IMG/VR virus record: IMGVR_UViG_3300021961_000025
Direction: 5' to 3' (one strand)
DNA: 64,000 nt
Origin: a virus
Shown: piece after piece, positions 55,834 through 64,000 of the stretch
How the letters are laid out: each line of letters begins with the position of its first letter
Position numbering within the stretch: position 1 is the stretch's first letter
Translations under genes and position numbers: made by a program
The notes under the pieces: model-generated
What the model saw: only the letters and a program-made list of their open reading frames with translations
Told to the model about the DNA's origin: nothing
Databases searched by the model: none

Positions 55834-57298
55834 TCTAGCATTCGAAACCAAATATGTAATTGGACAGGTTGGTCCAAACGGAGGAACAATTACTTCCGTA
55901 GATATTACACAAACGTTAATCGACACACAGGTAAAGCAAGTAGGTGATTTTGAAGAAACCACTTACACCTATAAGATTATCGAAGACATTAAAGAAGATG
56001 TCATAAGCACACAGCAAATTACAACTACGACTATCGAATCCGTAGTTACCTCAAAAAACAATCTACAATTAGACTCATCAGTAAGCACTTCAGGTGGCAT
56101 TACTGATTTGTCACACTATAATACGTATAACGATTTTCATACAGATTATCAGGGTGGATCAGTTACGTTCACTAATAAACTTGATGATAATATGACACAA
56201 AGCGAGATGCGTACTGGCTTTGACGTTACTGCTGGTGCAACTGTAGGTGCTTGTGAAAATACTTATGGTGGTGGATGTAGTTCTGGTGTATTAGATACCT
56301 TTACAATTACAATAAGAGTTTATGATTCAGTAAGTGGATTTGATCAACAAAAAGTAAGAACGTGGTCAGTAGGTAATACTTGGAACACTTATGAAACTAC
56401 TTTAAACATTGGTCCAAATATGTTAAATGGTAGTAGTTCTATGTTAAGTACTAACTTCTATGGATATGATACAGGTTATTGGGCAGGATACTATGGTCCA
56501 ACTATTGCAGATCCATATATCAATTTACAATATAATTCATTACAAGAAGTATTAACGACTATTGAACAAACGATTACTAACTCTATTTCTTCTTCTCTAG
56601 AAACAATTGAATCGCAACTCACAAAGAAGTATAGTCCTATTGTTCAACCTGGAACTGAAAACTTTATTACTGCTACTGAAATTAAAATAGAAGAACCAAA
56701 GATCGAACTTAAAATAGATACACCGAATGGTCAATCTATACAGTTTGAAGTTAAAGTAGAAACTAACGATTCAGGTAATGTAGAAGTTTCAATGACAAGC
56801 AGTGCATCAGGCGAAACTAAAATCGCAGAGATTAAACCTATTGCTGCAACTGCAACAACTGAAGCAAAAGTAGAGATTAAATTACCTGCTACAAAAACAG
56901 AATCAAAAGAAGAATCAAAATCAGAGTCAAAGTCTGATAGTAAGAGCGACAATAAAAAAGAAGATAACAAAGGCGAAAGTAAAACAACTACAACTACTGT
57001 AGCTGAAGCCAAACAGAAAGTCGCAGAAAGAATTCTCCAACAAGTGTTGGCACAAACAGATGCATTATTAATTAACGATACTAAAATTGGATTAATGATT
57101 GCCTTAGCAGATACCGAAAACTTTAACAAATACCTAGCAAAGAAACAAGACGATCTTGGACTATGGTATGTTGATGATGGTATCTACCAAAATCAGAAAC
57201 AACTCGCTGATCCTTATGCTGTTATATTTAATTTGGCACAAGACCGATTATTTGAACAGATGGAGAATGAACAATACAAGCCTGATTTTGGGAAATAA
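55772..57298 (+). CDS. large secreted protein
   Basis: Signal peptide; Thr-rich; D.GYWAGYYGP beta domain; K/E/S linker. Confidence 0.6.
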   Translation: MRLKPLVLAWVLFLSCFSYSSLAFETKYVIGQVGPNGGTITSVDITQTLIDTQVKQVGDFEETTYTYKIIEDIKEDVISTQQITTTTIESVVTSKNNLQLDSSVSTSGGITDLSHYNTYNDFHTDYQGGSVTFTNKLDDNMTQSEMRTGFDVTAGATVGACENTYGGGCSSGVLDTFTITIRVYDSVSGFDQQKVRTWSVGNTWNTYETTLNIGPNMLNGSSSMLSTNFYGYDTGYWAGYYGPTIADPYINLQYNSLQEVLTTIEQTITNSISSSLETIESQLTKKYSPIVQPGTENFITATEIKIEEPKIELKIDTPNGQSIQFEVKVETNDSGNVEVSMTSSASGETKIAEIKPIAATATTEAKVEIKLPATKTESKEESKSESKSDSKSDNKKEDNKGESKTTTTTVAEAKQKVAERILQQVLAQTDALLINDTKIGLMIALADTENFNKYLAKKQDDLGLWYVDDGIYQNQKQLADPYAVIFNLAQDRLFEQMENEQYKPDFGK

Positions 57299-57317
57299 AT
57301 AGAGAGGTAGAAATACA

Positions 57318-57521
57318 ATGTCAAAAATGAGAACATTCACTTTCTACGATGGCGAAGATGTAACAACTAAGGAAGCAGTTAGCTACAAAAAAGCAGTAAA
57401 ATCGTATCAAGGAAGTGCAAAAAACAAAGTAGTACGTGTAGAGTGGACAGCTAAAAAGGGTGGACTCTACGAAATTTTACAATCACTACCTATGGGTAGA
57501 TCTAAGAAAATAGGAAGATAG
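57318..57521 (+). CDS. small basic hypothetical protein
   Basis: GAGG SD. Confidence 0.55.
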   Translation: MSKMRTFTFYDGEDVTTKEAVSYKKAVKSYQGSAKNKVVRVEWTAKKGGLYEILQSLPMGRSKKIGR

Positions 57522-57523
57522 TT

Positions 57524-57667
57524 ATGGCTAAAACTGTATCACAACACATCCATGAACCTACTAAAAAGAAGTCTTCTTCTAGTGGTAAAATGAGTATGGT
57601 TAAATGGGCATCTATGAACAAAAATAAAAAGCGATCGTTTAAAGCGTATCGTGGACAAGGAAGATAA
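57524..57667 (+). CDS. small basic protein ending YRGQGR (not in ORF track)
   Basis: MAKTVSQH...SMNKNKKRSFKAYRGQGR*. Confidence 0.6.
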   Translation: MAKTVSQHIHEPTKKKSSSSGKMSMVKWASMNKNKKRSFKAYRGQGR

Positions 57668-57668
57668 A

Positions 57669-58373
57669 ATGGCTAAAAATGAAGCAAGTGCAGGAACGGA
57701 AGTTGATCACGGATCTGTTACGAAAGACAAGAATTCTGTATCAGCTGGCGTTGGCGCAGAGGCAGGTGCTGAGGCATCCTCAAAAAGAGGATTAGGTAAT
57801 GGAACGACAGGTGAAGCATCAGCAGGTGCTGGTGTATCTGCTACTGCAAATGCAGGTGCTCAAGCCAAAGATGGTAATGCGTCTTTTGAAGCAGTAACTA
57901 AAGTTGAAGCAGGTGCTACAGCATCAGCAGGAACTTCTACTAAACTTATAGGTGATACAACAGCAGATGTGGAAGTACACGCATCAGCAAAAACTTATTC
58001 CGAAGTAGGTGTCTCAGGACAAATTGGTAAAGATGGCGTTGCAGGTTCTGCAGGTGCTATCGCTGGTTCAAAGGTAGGTGTTGGTACATCTGCTACAGTA
58101 GGTAATGACAGAAACAATGCTAAGATGGGTGCTGAAGTTTCAGTCGGTCCACAAGTTGGTGCTGCTGTCGGTGGTGGTGCAACTTTGGATGATGGTAAAC
58201 TAACAGTAGGTGCTGATGTTAAATTAGCATTGGGTGTTGGTGTTACTTTACAACCAAGCGTAACTGTTGATTTAAAACCAGTACAAACACACGTTGTTGC
58301 TCCAGTAGCAAATGCTGCAAAGGCAACTGGTAATGCAGTTAAGAACACTGCTAAGAAATTAAAATTTTGGTAA
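57669..58373 (+). CDS. Gly/Ala/Val-rich repetitive beta protein
   Basis: Alternating AxAGAxA / VGVG repeats. Confidence 0.6.
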   Translation: MAKNEASAGTEVDHGSVTKDKNSVSAGVGAEAGAEASSKRGLGNGTTGEASAGAGVSATANAGAQAKDGNASFEAVTKVEAGATASAGTSTKLIGDTTADVEVHASAKTYSEVGVSGQIGKDGVAGSAGAIAGSKVGVGTSATVGNDRNNAKMGAEVSVGPQVGAAVGGGATLDDGKLTVGADVKLALGVGVTLQPSVTVDLKPVQTHVVAPVANAAKATGNAVKNTAKKLKFW

Positions 58374-58376
58374 GAT

Positions 58377-58652
58377 ATGGCACACAAGATTGACGAAACT
58401 ACTGAAGTAAGAGTTTCACTGAAGACGTTGGTAGTGGTAATCATTGCCATTGTTTCAGGTGCTGCATTTATGTTTCATATAGAAGAACGACTTGATATGT
58501 TAGATCATGCAGTTATGATGAATAAATCTAACTTTGAAAACTATAAAGAAATGCCAAGTCGTGGATATACAGATATCGAAGTTATGAAAAAAGAAATAGA
58601 ATATCTACAAAAAGAAGTAGATAAACTGGAGGAAAAATGGAACTCGAAGTAG
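58377..58652 (+). CDS. TM plus coiled-coil protein
   Basis: ORF track. Confidence 0.55.
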   Translation: MAHKIDETTEVRVSLKTLVVVIIAIVSGAAFMFHIEERLDMLDHAVMMNKSNFENYKEMPSRGYTDIEVMKKEIEYLQKEVDKLEEKWNSK

Positions 58653-59050
58653 GGGGAATCAAATTTACTGGGGGTAGAGTATTTGCTGTATTAACAGCAT
58701 TGTCAACTGCTGCTGGTATTGTTTGGGGTGCTGCATTATTCTGGCAGGACTATACTGCTATGAAGAATCAAATACAATCATACGTTGCACCAGATTTAAG
58801 TATGATTGAAAAGCGTCTTGCTGTTACAGAAGAAAACTCTGCAAAAGCAGTAGACTATACACGTGATATCAAGAACGATCTTAAAGCTGATATTCGTAAA
58901 GTTGAAAAAGTTGTAGAAACTGTTGAGCGTGATACGAAAGATCGTCAGCGTGAAATGGACAAAGACATTAGAGAACTACGTACAGATATTGATTTAAAAA
59001 TTAAAAAAGCGTTAGAAAATCCACTTGCTAATATGGGAACTTCCAATTAG
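58637..59050 (+). CDS. TM plus coiled-coil protein
   Basis: E.GGIKFTGG...ALENPLA. Confidence 0.6.
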   Translation: MELEVGGIKFTGGRVFAVLTALSTAAGIVWGAALFWQDYTAMKNQIQSYVAPDLSMIEKRLAVTEENSAKAVDYTRDIKNDLKADIRKVEKVVETVERDTKDRQREMDKDIRELRTDIDLKIKKALENPLANMGTSN

Positions 59051-59059
59051 TAATTGTTT

Positions 59060-59082
59060 TGCAACATTATTTACAGTAGAAT
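59060..59082 (+). promoter_or_regulatory. putative middle promoter (possibly leaderless transcript)
   Basis: TGCAA-N12-TAGAAT; ATG 6 nt downstream with no SD. Confidence 0.55.
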
Positions 59083-59088
59083 TACAGT

Positions 59089-59640
59089 ATGAACAAAATT
59101 ATTATCACAGGCGATGGTGAAGGTATTGGTCTTGGACTGCGTAATGCTCTAAGTCCAATTGCTAATGTAGTAGGTTACGATCTTAAACAAGGTAAGAACG
59201 TAGCACTTGAGCCAACCTATTCAGAAGTTATTAAAAATTGCGAGGATGCGAATGTCGTAATCCTCAACGCACACACAGGTGAGCAACATTCGATGCTTGC
59301 CGAACTCTACGTCCTCTACAAAGATAAACCTATTCATTGTATCGTACTCGGTTCAATGGTCACTCAGTATTACAGTGATAGTGACTCAGTACCCAAAGAA
59401 TTTAACTTTGTAAAATATTATAATGATAAAGCGAAACTAGATCATAAAGTCAAAGTAATACACACCAATGGACAAAAACCTTTTCGTGTCACGATCGTTC
59501 GTCCATCTTGGGTAGAAACTCCACTAGCAAAAGAATATAATGGTAAGAAATTACCAGTAACTGCAGTTGTTAACTCAATTGTAGATATAATCAACGCACC
59601 TTATCACGTGACAACATTAAATTTAGAAGAGATTGAATAA
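59089..59640 (+). CDS. short-chain dehydrogenase/reductase
   Basis: ITGDGEGIG, LNAH, GS, YYNDK (YxxxK), RPSWVETPL. Confidence 0.75.
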   Translation: MNKIIITGDGEGIGLGLRNALSPIANVVGYDLKQGKNVALEPTYSEVIKNCEDANVVILNAHTGEQHSMLAELYVLYKDKPIHCIVLGSMVTQYYSDSDSVPKEFNFVKYYNDKAKLDHKVKVIHTNGQKPFRVTIVRPSWVETPLAKEYNGKKLPVTAVVNSIVDIINAPYHVTTLNLEEIE

Positions 59641-60850
59641 TATGGGATTTGAATTAAGAGCATGGACTCCTGGAGAACTGGAGAAAATTGTAGTTAAAAC
59701 TGACAAGTACTGGGTACACTACAAAGACGGAAAAAAGATTTTAGATATGCAGTCAGGTAACTCTGCATATATTCTTGGTTATGGCAACGAAGAAGTTATT
59801 GAAGCAATGAACGAACAAATTCGTAGTGTTGCTTTCGTTCGTGGTAATCGAGGAGAAACTGCTGAGATCTGTCAAGAGATGGCAGAGTTAATTTGTACGA
59901 CTGGTGGCTTTGATGTTATGTCTTGGGCAGTAACTGGATCGTCTGCTGTTGAAGCAGCAATTGCAATGAACGATACGTATTGGAAAAGACAAAAGATTGA
60001 GCGACCATACATTATTAGTTTCACTCCAGGATATCACGGAACAACTCATCTCACAAAAGCAATGGGACTACCTCATCTACAAGAGTTTGGTCTTGAGCGA
60101 GTATTAACTTGCACTGCTCCACGATGGATGGAAGAACATCAACGTTCAGTTGAAGAAGAAAAATCACTTAAACATTTAAAGAGTATGGTAGAACGATACA
60201 AAGGTAAAGTCGGATGTATCGTTATGGAATCTTGTCCATGGTATCAAGGTATTCTTCCATGGTCTGAAAATTGGTGGAAACAAATTCGTTCTATTTGTGA
60301 TGCATACGATATTCTAATGATTACCGATGACGTAGCTGTATGTTGGGGTAAAGCACTTCACTATCATGGCTATCAAGTCCATGGTGTTCAACCAGATATT
60401 TCTGCACTCGGTAAATCGCTTTCTGCAGGTTATACACCTTTGGGTGCTGCAGTGGGTAATAAAAAGGTAGGTGCTGTTCTACGTAAAAACGAATGGGAGT
60501 TTGGTCATACTTGGCAACCTAATATGATGGGTATTGCTGCAATGAAAGCAGTTAATAACATTATCGTTCGTGATAAACTATTTGAAAAAGCAGTATCTCA
60601 CTCTGACAAATTTAAAGCCATTGCTGAAAATCTTAAAGCACAAGGTTATATTAAGTCTTACCGACATCAAGGACTATTCCTTGCTATTGATACAGACAGC
60701 TATACAACCATTAATAAGTTAGTCGATGCAGGACTAGGTGCTACAACAGCACAACAAGGAACCATTAAAATCATTGGAAACCTTATAGCTGACGACGAAT
60801 ACTTTGCAGAGATGGAAAAAAGACTTACAATTTTCTTTGAAAGACAGTAA
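59633..60850 (+). CDS. class III PLP aminotransferase
   Basis: LDMQSG...LGYG, TGSSAVEAA, GYHGTT, ITDDV, PDI..LGKSLSAGY, GHT. Confidence 0.88.
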   Translation: MNNMGFELRAWTPGELEKIVVKTDKYWVHYKDGKKILDMQSGNSAYILGYGNEEVIEAMNEQIRSVAFVRGNRGETAEICQEMAELICTTGGFDVMSWAVTGSSAVEAAIAMNDTYWKRQKIERPYIISFTPGYHGTTHLTKAMGLPHLQEFGLERVLTCTAPRWMEEHQRSVEEEKSLKHLKSMVERYKGKVGCIVMESCPWYQGILPWSENWWKQIRSICDAYDILMITDDVAVCWGKALHYHGYQVHGVQPDISALGKSLSAGYTPLGAAVGNKKVGAVLRKNEWEFGHTWQPNMMGIAAMKAVNNIIVRDKLFEKAVSHSDKFKAIAENLKAQGYIKSYRHQGLFLAIDTDSYTTINKLVDAGLGATTAQQGTIKIIGNLIADDEYFAEMEKRLTIFFERQ

Positions 60851-60858
60851 AATACCTG

Positions 60859-60887
60859 TTGACTTTTTGTAAATAATATGGTATAAT
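60859..60887 (+). promoter_or_regulatory. early promoter
   Basis: TTGACT-N17-TATAAT. Confidence 0.85.
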
Positions 60888-60922
60888 AGTCGTTGAAAGT
60901 AGAAATTTAGGAAATTTTTATT

Positions 60923-61549
60923 ATGAGAAAAAGTTATATACCTGTTGTTGCAAGATATATGTTTAGCAACAAGAAAGTTGAAGACTTTACTGAATGTGAA
61001 AGAATGGTAATTGATTATCATATCGATTGTATTACCTCTCATGGTATGGGTGGTAAAGCAATGGAGAGGTTTAACGATTATAAATTCGGATTTACTGCAT
61101 GGAACGATAAGATTCATGACTTTGATAGTCGCCATCAAGATTCACGTCCAATAGAACAGAAACTCGAAACTGTAAATGATAGTAAAAAATTACAGTTTTG
61201 TGGATCTTTCTTTCCCACACCTAATAGAGTTACTAAATTTCAAGACCAGCAACCTTATATGCTTAATACTGCAGTTTGTGATAAAACTGGTAAAGTATTA
61301 TGGGTTGCACTTACAGATACTAATCTCATACCTGAGGATAGTGAGTTCTGGAAAAATATGTCAGCGAATGCACCACGTATTAGTTTTGCATGCTACAGTC
61401 AATATCCAGAAGCAGTAAACTTTTTGTATGTGAATAAACAGTTGTGTAAGGAATATAAAATGCCTACTCCAGATCGTAAGACAAGAAACTCTTGTATTGC
61501 AACTGACGTCTGGAATCTATTACTTGAAAGGAAGTATGTAAATGCCTAA
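60923..61549 (+). CDS. early hypothetical protein
   Basis: AGGA SD behind an early promoter. Confidence 0.6.
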   Translation: MRKSYIPVVARYMFSNKKVEDFTECERMVIDYHIDCITSHGMGGKAMERFNDYKFGFTAWNDKIHDFDSRHQDSRPIEQKLETVNDSKKLQFCGSFFPTPNRVTKFQDQQPYMLNTAVCDKTGKVLWVALTDTNLIPEDSEFWKNMSANAPRISFACYSQYPEAVNFLYVNKQLCKEYKMPTPDRKTRNSCIATDVWNLLLERKYVNA

Positions 61550-62042
61550 TTGGTGCCAAAATACTTTAAATCTATATCATGAAGATAAAGCAAAGATAGA
61601 CGATTTAGAGAGATTACTTAAAACTGAAAAAGAACCCAAGTTGTTCGAATACCTATATCCAATGCCAAAAGCTGAAGAAGATTGGTACTCTTGGAACGTA
61701 GAAAATTGGGGAACTAAATGGGATGCTTCAATTATTGATAGCGAACGACTAGATGAGAATACAATCAGTATTCAAATGGATACTGCATGGGCACCACCGA
61801 TTGCTTTGTATGATTATCTAGAAGAAAAGGGATGGGGAGTTGATGCTCACTATCTAGAAGAAGGAATGGGATTTGTTGGAAGATACTTTAATGGGGATGA
61901 TGAAGAATTCGAAATCGATTATTCAAAACCCAAAAAAGAATTTCTAAAAGATATCCCACAAGAATGTATCGACCATTGGGGACTTGATACACAATATGAT
62001 GACATGAAGGAGAATGAAGATGACGAACCCAGTATACACTAA
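61542..62042 (+). CDS. DUF1281/YubB-like ferredoxin-fold protein
   Basis: MPNWC.N, WY.W...NWGTKWD, TAWAPP, E.GMGF.G. Confidence 0.7.
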   Translation: MPNWCQNTLNLYHEDKAKIDDLERLLKTEKEPKLFEYLYPMPKAEEDWYSWNVENWGTKWDASIIDSERLDENTISIQMDTAWAPPIALYDYLEEKGWGVDAHYLEEGMGFVGRYFNGDDEEFEIDYSKPKKEFLKDIPQECIDHWGLDTQYDDMKENEDDEPSIH

Positions 62043-62283
62043 AGAATATATTAATGGTCTTCTTAACGAAAGTGAGATTACTGTTAAGTTTACAAAGAAG
62101 AGTGGTGAAGAACGTGTAATGCGTTGCACTAAAGTCTTTGATAAAATTCCTGAAGATATGCGACCAAAGGAAGATTCTAAACGTAAGGTATCAGAAGAGT
62201 CAGATGCTATTGCAGTATTTGATTTGGATATTAGTCAGTGGCGATCTTTTAATGTAGGGAATATTTTGGAGGTAACACACTAA
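62020..62283 (+). CDS. SH3-fold / WYL_2-like protein
   Basis: V.FTKK.GEER.M.CT...VFD.D...WRSF. Confidence 0.7.
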   Translation: MTNPVYTKEYINGLLNESEITVKFTKKSGEERVMRCTKVFDKIPEDMRPKEDSKRKVSEESDAIAVFDLDISQWRSFNVGNILEVTH

Positions 62284-62501
62284 TGGATATTCATCCTAAA
62301 CTAAGGAAGTCTTACAAAGACACTTCTGCATATTTAATCATTTTCTTAATGGTAGTATGTTTTGTTCTATTATTTCCGTATGCAGTGGTATGGTCTTTAA
62401 ATACCCTATTCGGATTAATGATTCCATACACATGGCAAACTTGGCTTGCAGCATTTGTTCTTACATCTGTCGTAAGTGGTTCTATCCACAGGGTAAAATA
62501 A
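62283..62501 (+). CDS. small membrane protein
   Basis: P...VWSLNTLF...IPYTWQTWLA. Confidence 0.55.
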   Translation: MDIHPKLRKSYKDTSAYLIIFLMVVCFVLLFPYAVVWSLNTLFGLMIPYTWQTWLAAFVLTSVVSGSIHRVK

Positions 62502-62504
62502 GTG

Positions 62505-62533
62505 TTGACTTTTTGCATAAACTGTAGTATAAT
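62505..62533 (+). promoter_or_regulatory. early promoter
   Basis: TTGACT-N17-TATAAT. Confidence 0.85.
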
Positions 62534-62562
62534 AGTCTTGAATTTGAAATTGGAGAACTAAC

Positions 62563-63699
62563 ATGAGTATCGTACAAGATCATGCTGCAATTCGTGCAAA
62601 ACGTAGAGCAAAGAATGCTAAGGTTTTAGCTAAACTGAATAAGACCTCAGCAGAGCCGATTGTTCCAGAAAACGACAAGTCGGCTCTTGGTAATGCACTT
62701 AGTATCTACTCTCGTGATACAAACAGTGCTAAGCAAAAAGAATTTGCTATTGAGTATTTTAAAACTGTTGATCCTACGATCGCTGAAAAACTAGAGACAC
62801 TTGAGGACTGGAACTTTGGAACCTTTGGCTCAGTGTGTCGTTTGAAGCATCGTGGTCAGTGGGTAGATCCTACTAGCGATTTCTTTCCTAGACGTTTGAA
62901 AGAACTTATTGAGCGTGCAGATAAAAAGGCAACTGAGGTTGAAGCCAAACCTGTTGTCGAACAAAAAGTTAAAAAGGTAATAACTGCTGAAGAACGTTAC
63001 AAAGCTGAAGCAAATAAGATCCTCGGAGATTTGGAAGAGGAAGAAGAACTCATTATGGGTTATGGTTATCCTAAGCATGCGTGTAGTAAGGTAAACACCA
63101 AAGGACTAAAAACTGCTCGTCCTCAGGTGGCTAAACTTATTCGTGACTGGATTGAACCACGTCTTAACGAAATGAAAGAGGCAGTAGCTGGTCTAGATGA
63201 GCAACTTGTTGAGGGTTATGCTCATATGGATGCTCGTCAAAAGGGTAATTATATTAACTGGCTAGAACTAGCATTGGGTATGGTCAAGACTGCTGAGAAG
63301 TCAGAATTCCGTATTCGTGCTCGTAAACCTCAGAAACCAGAGAAGATCGTTAAGCGATTTAAATACCTCAAAGAACATACAGAACTTAAACTTACTTCTG
63401 AGAACGCAACATCAATTGTTGAAGCAACTCAAGTGGTACTGTATAATACTAAAAATCGAAGAGTGGATCTTTACATTGCTGCAGAGGGTAAGTCACTTTC
63501 TGTTAAGGGATCCTCTATTATTAACTACGATGCAACTAAATCACTACGTAAGGTAGTGCGTAAACCAGAACTCTTGGTCTCAATACCAAAGGGTAAGGTA
63601 TCAATAAGACAATGGTTTGATGCTTTGACCACTAAACCAATTGAGTGTAATGGACGATCCTCTGCGGATACCATTATCCTCTCAACAACTAGGATGTAA
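62563..63699 (+). CDS. conserved early hypothetical protein
   Basis: DEQLVEGY, YNTKNR, VKGSSI..YD..KS..K..RKPE, NGR. Confidence 0.65.
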   Translation: MSIVQDHAAIRAKRRAKNAKVLAKLNKTSAEPIVPENDKSALGNALSIYSRDTNSAKQKEFAIEYFKTVDPTIAEKLETLEDWNFGTFGSVCRLKHRGQWVDPTSDFFPRRLKELIERADKKATEVEAKPVVEQKVKKVITAEERYKAEANKILGDLEEEEELIMGYGYPKHACSKVNTKGLKTARPQVAKLIRDWIEPRLNEMKEAVAGLDEQLVEGYAHMDARQKGNYINWLELALGMVKTAEKSEFRIRARKPQKPEKIVKRFKYLKEHTELKLTSENATSIVEATQVVLYNTKNRRVDLYIAAEGKSLSVKGSSIINYDATKSLRKVVRKPELLVSIPKGKVSIRQWFDALTTKPIECNGRSSADTIILSTTRM

Positions 63700-63702
63700 A
63701 TT

Positions 63703-64000
63703 ATGATATTGATTGATTATTCACAAGTGGCATTAGCGAACATTTTGTCATTCAAACACGAACTGAAAGGCGATGAGACTACTCTTAAGAATCTTATTCG
63801 TCATACTGTTTTGTCAACACTCAAGTACTACAAGAAACGATATGGTGCTGAGTATGGCGAAATGGTAATTTGTGCAGATGGTCGTCACTACTGGCGACGA
63901 GATGAGTTTAAATTCTATAAAGCACATCGTAAGAAAGTACGAGAAGATTCTGATCTTAACTGGAATCTAATCTTTGATACATTGTCTGAGATTCGAGACG
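63703..64000 (+). CDS. rnh: RNase H / 5'-3' exonuclease, N-terminal fragment (truncated)
   Basis: MILIDYSQVALANI...LIRH.VL...YGEMVICADG..YWRR....YKA.RKK.R. Confidence 0.9.
   Translation, partial: MILIDYSQVALANILSFKHELKGDETTLKNLIRHTVLSTLKYYKKRYGAEYGEMVICADGRHYWRRDEFKFYKAHRKKVREDSDLNWNLIFDTLSEIRD

Noticed and set aside
2733-63078. Numerous minus-strand ORFs (e.g. 12139-12498, 31431-31835, 39257-39658, 56731-57129, 57995-58450)
   Set aside because: Shadows of + strand genes, with no SD, promoter or recognisable motifs

Overview
A 64 kb segment of an AT-rich T4-like (myovirus) phage genome, with essentially all genes on the + strand. It runs from the 3' end of major capsid gene 23 through gp3, uvsY, uvsW, 55, 47, 46, 45, 44, 62, regA, 43, uvsX, 41, 61, thyX, nrdA/nrdC/nrdB to the start of rnh. 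Accessory content includes: peptide deformylase; a tRNA-Cys; a CobS-like AAA+/VWA pair; an unannotated 23-aa PqqA precursor peptide behind a structured leader, suggesting a methylotroph host (Methylophilaceae-like); a ROSE-like thermometer before hsp20; and a compact putative DNA base-hypermodification locus (TET/JBP dioxygenase, class II glutamine amidotransferase, amidoligase, GNAT, cupin/2OG enzyme, aGPT-PPlase2/amino acid:DNA transferase, P-loop kinase). There are also probable capsid-packaged enzymes with T4-like capsid-targeting N-termini, ACP, Dps, MaoC, embedded spanins, several 2OG-Fe(II) oxygenases and an SDR plus class III aminotransferase. Three promoter classes can be read from the sequence: early TTGACT-N17-TATAAT, a putative middle class TGCAA-N12-TAnAnT, and late CTAAATA. 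Two middle-type promoters 40 kb apart point in opposite directions and share an identical 19-nt downstream sequence, making them candidate R-loop origins. All product calls come from motif recognition and synteny; no database searches were run.
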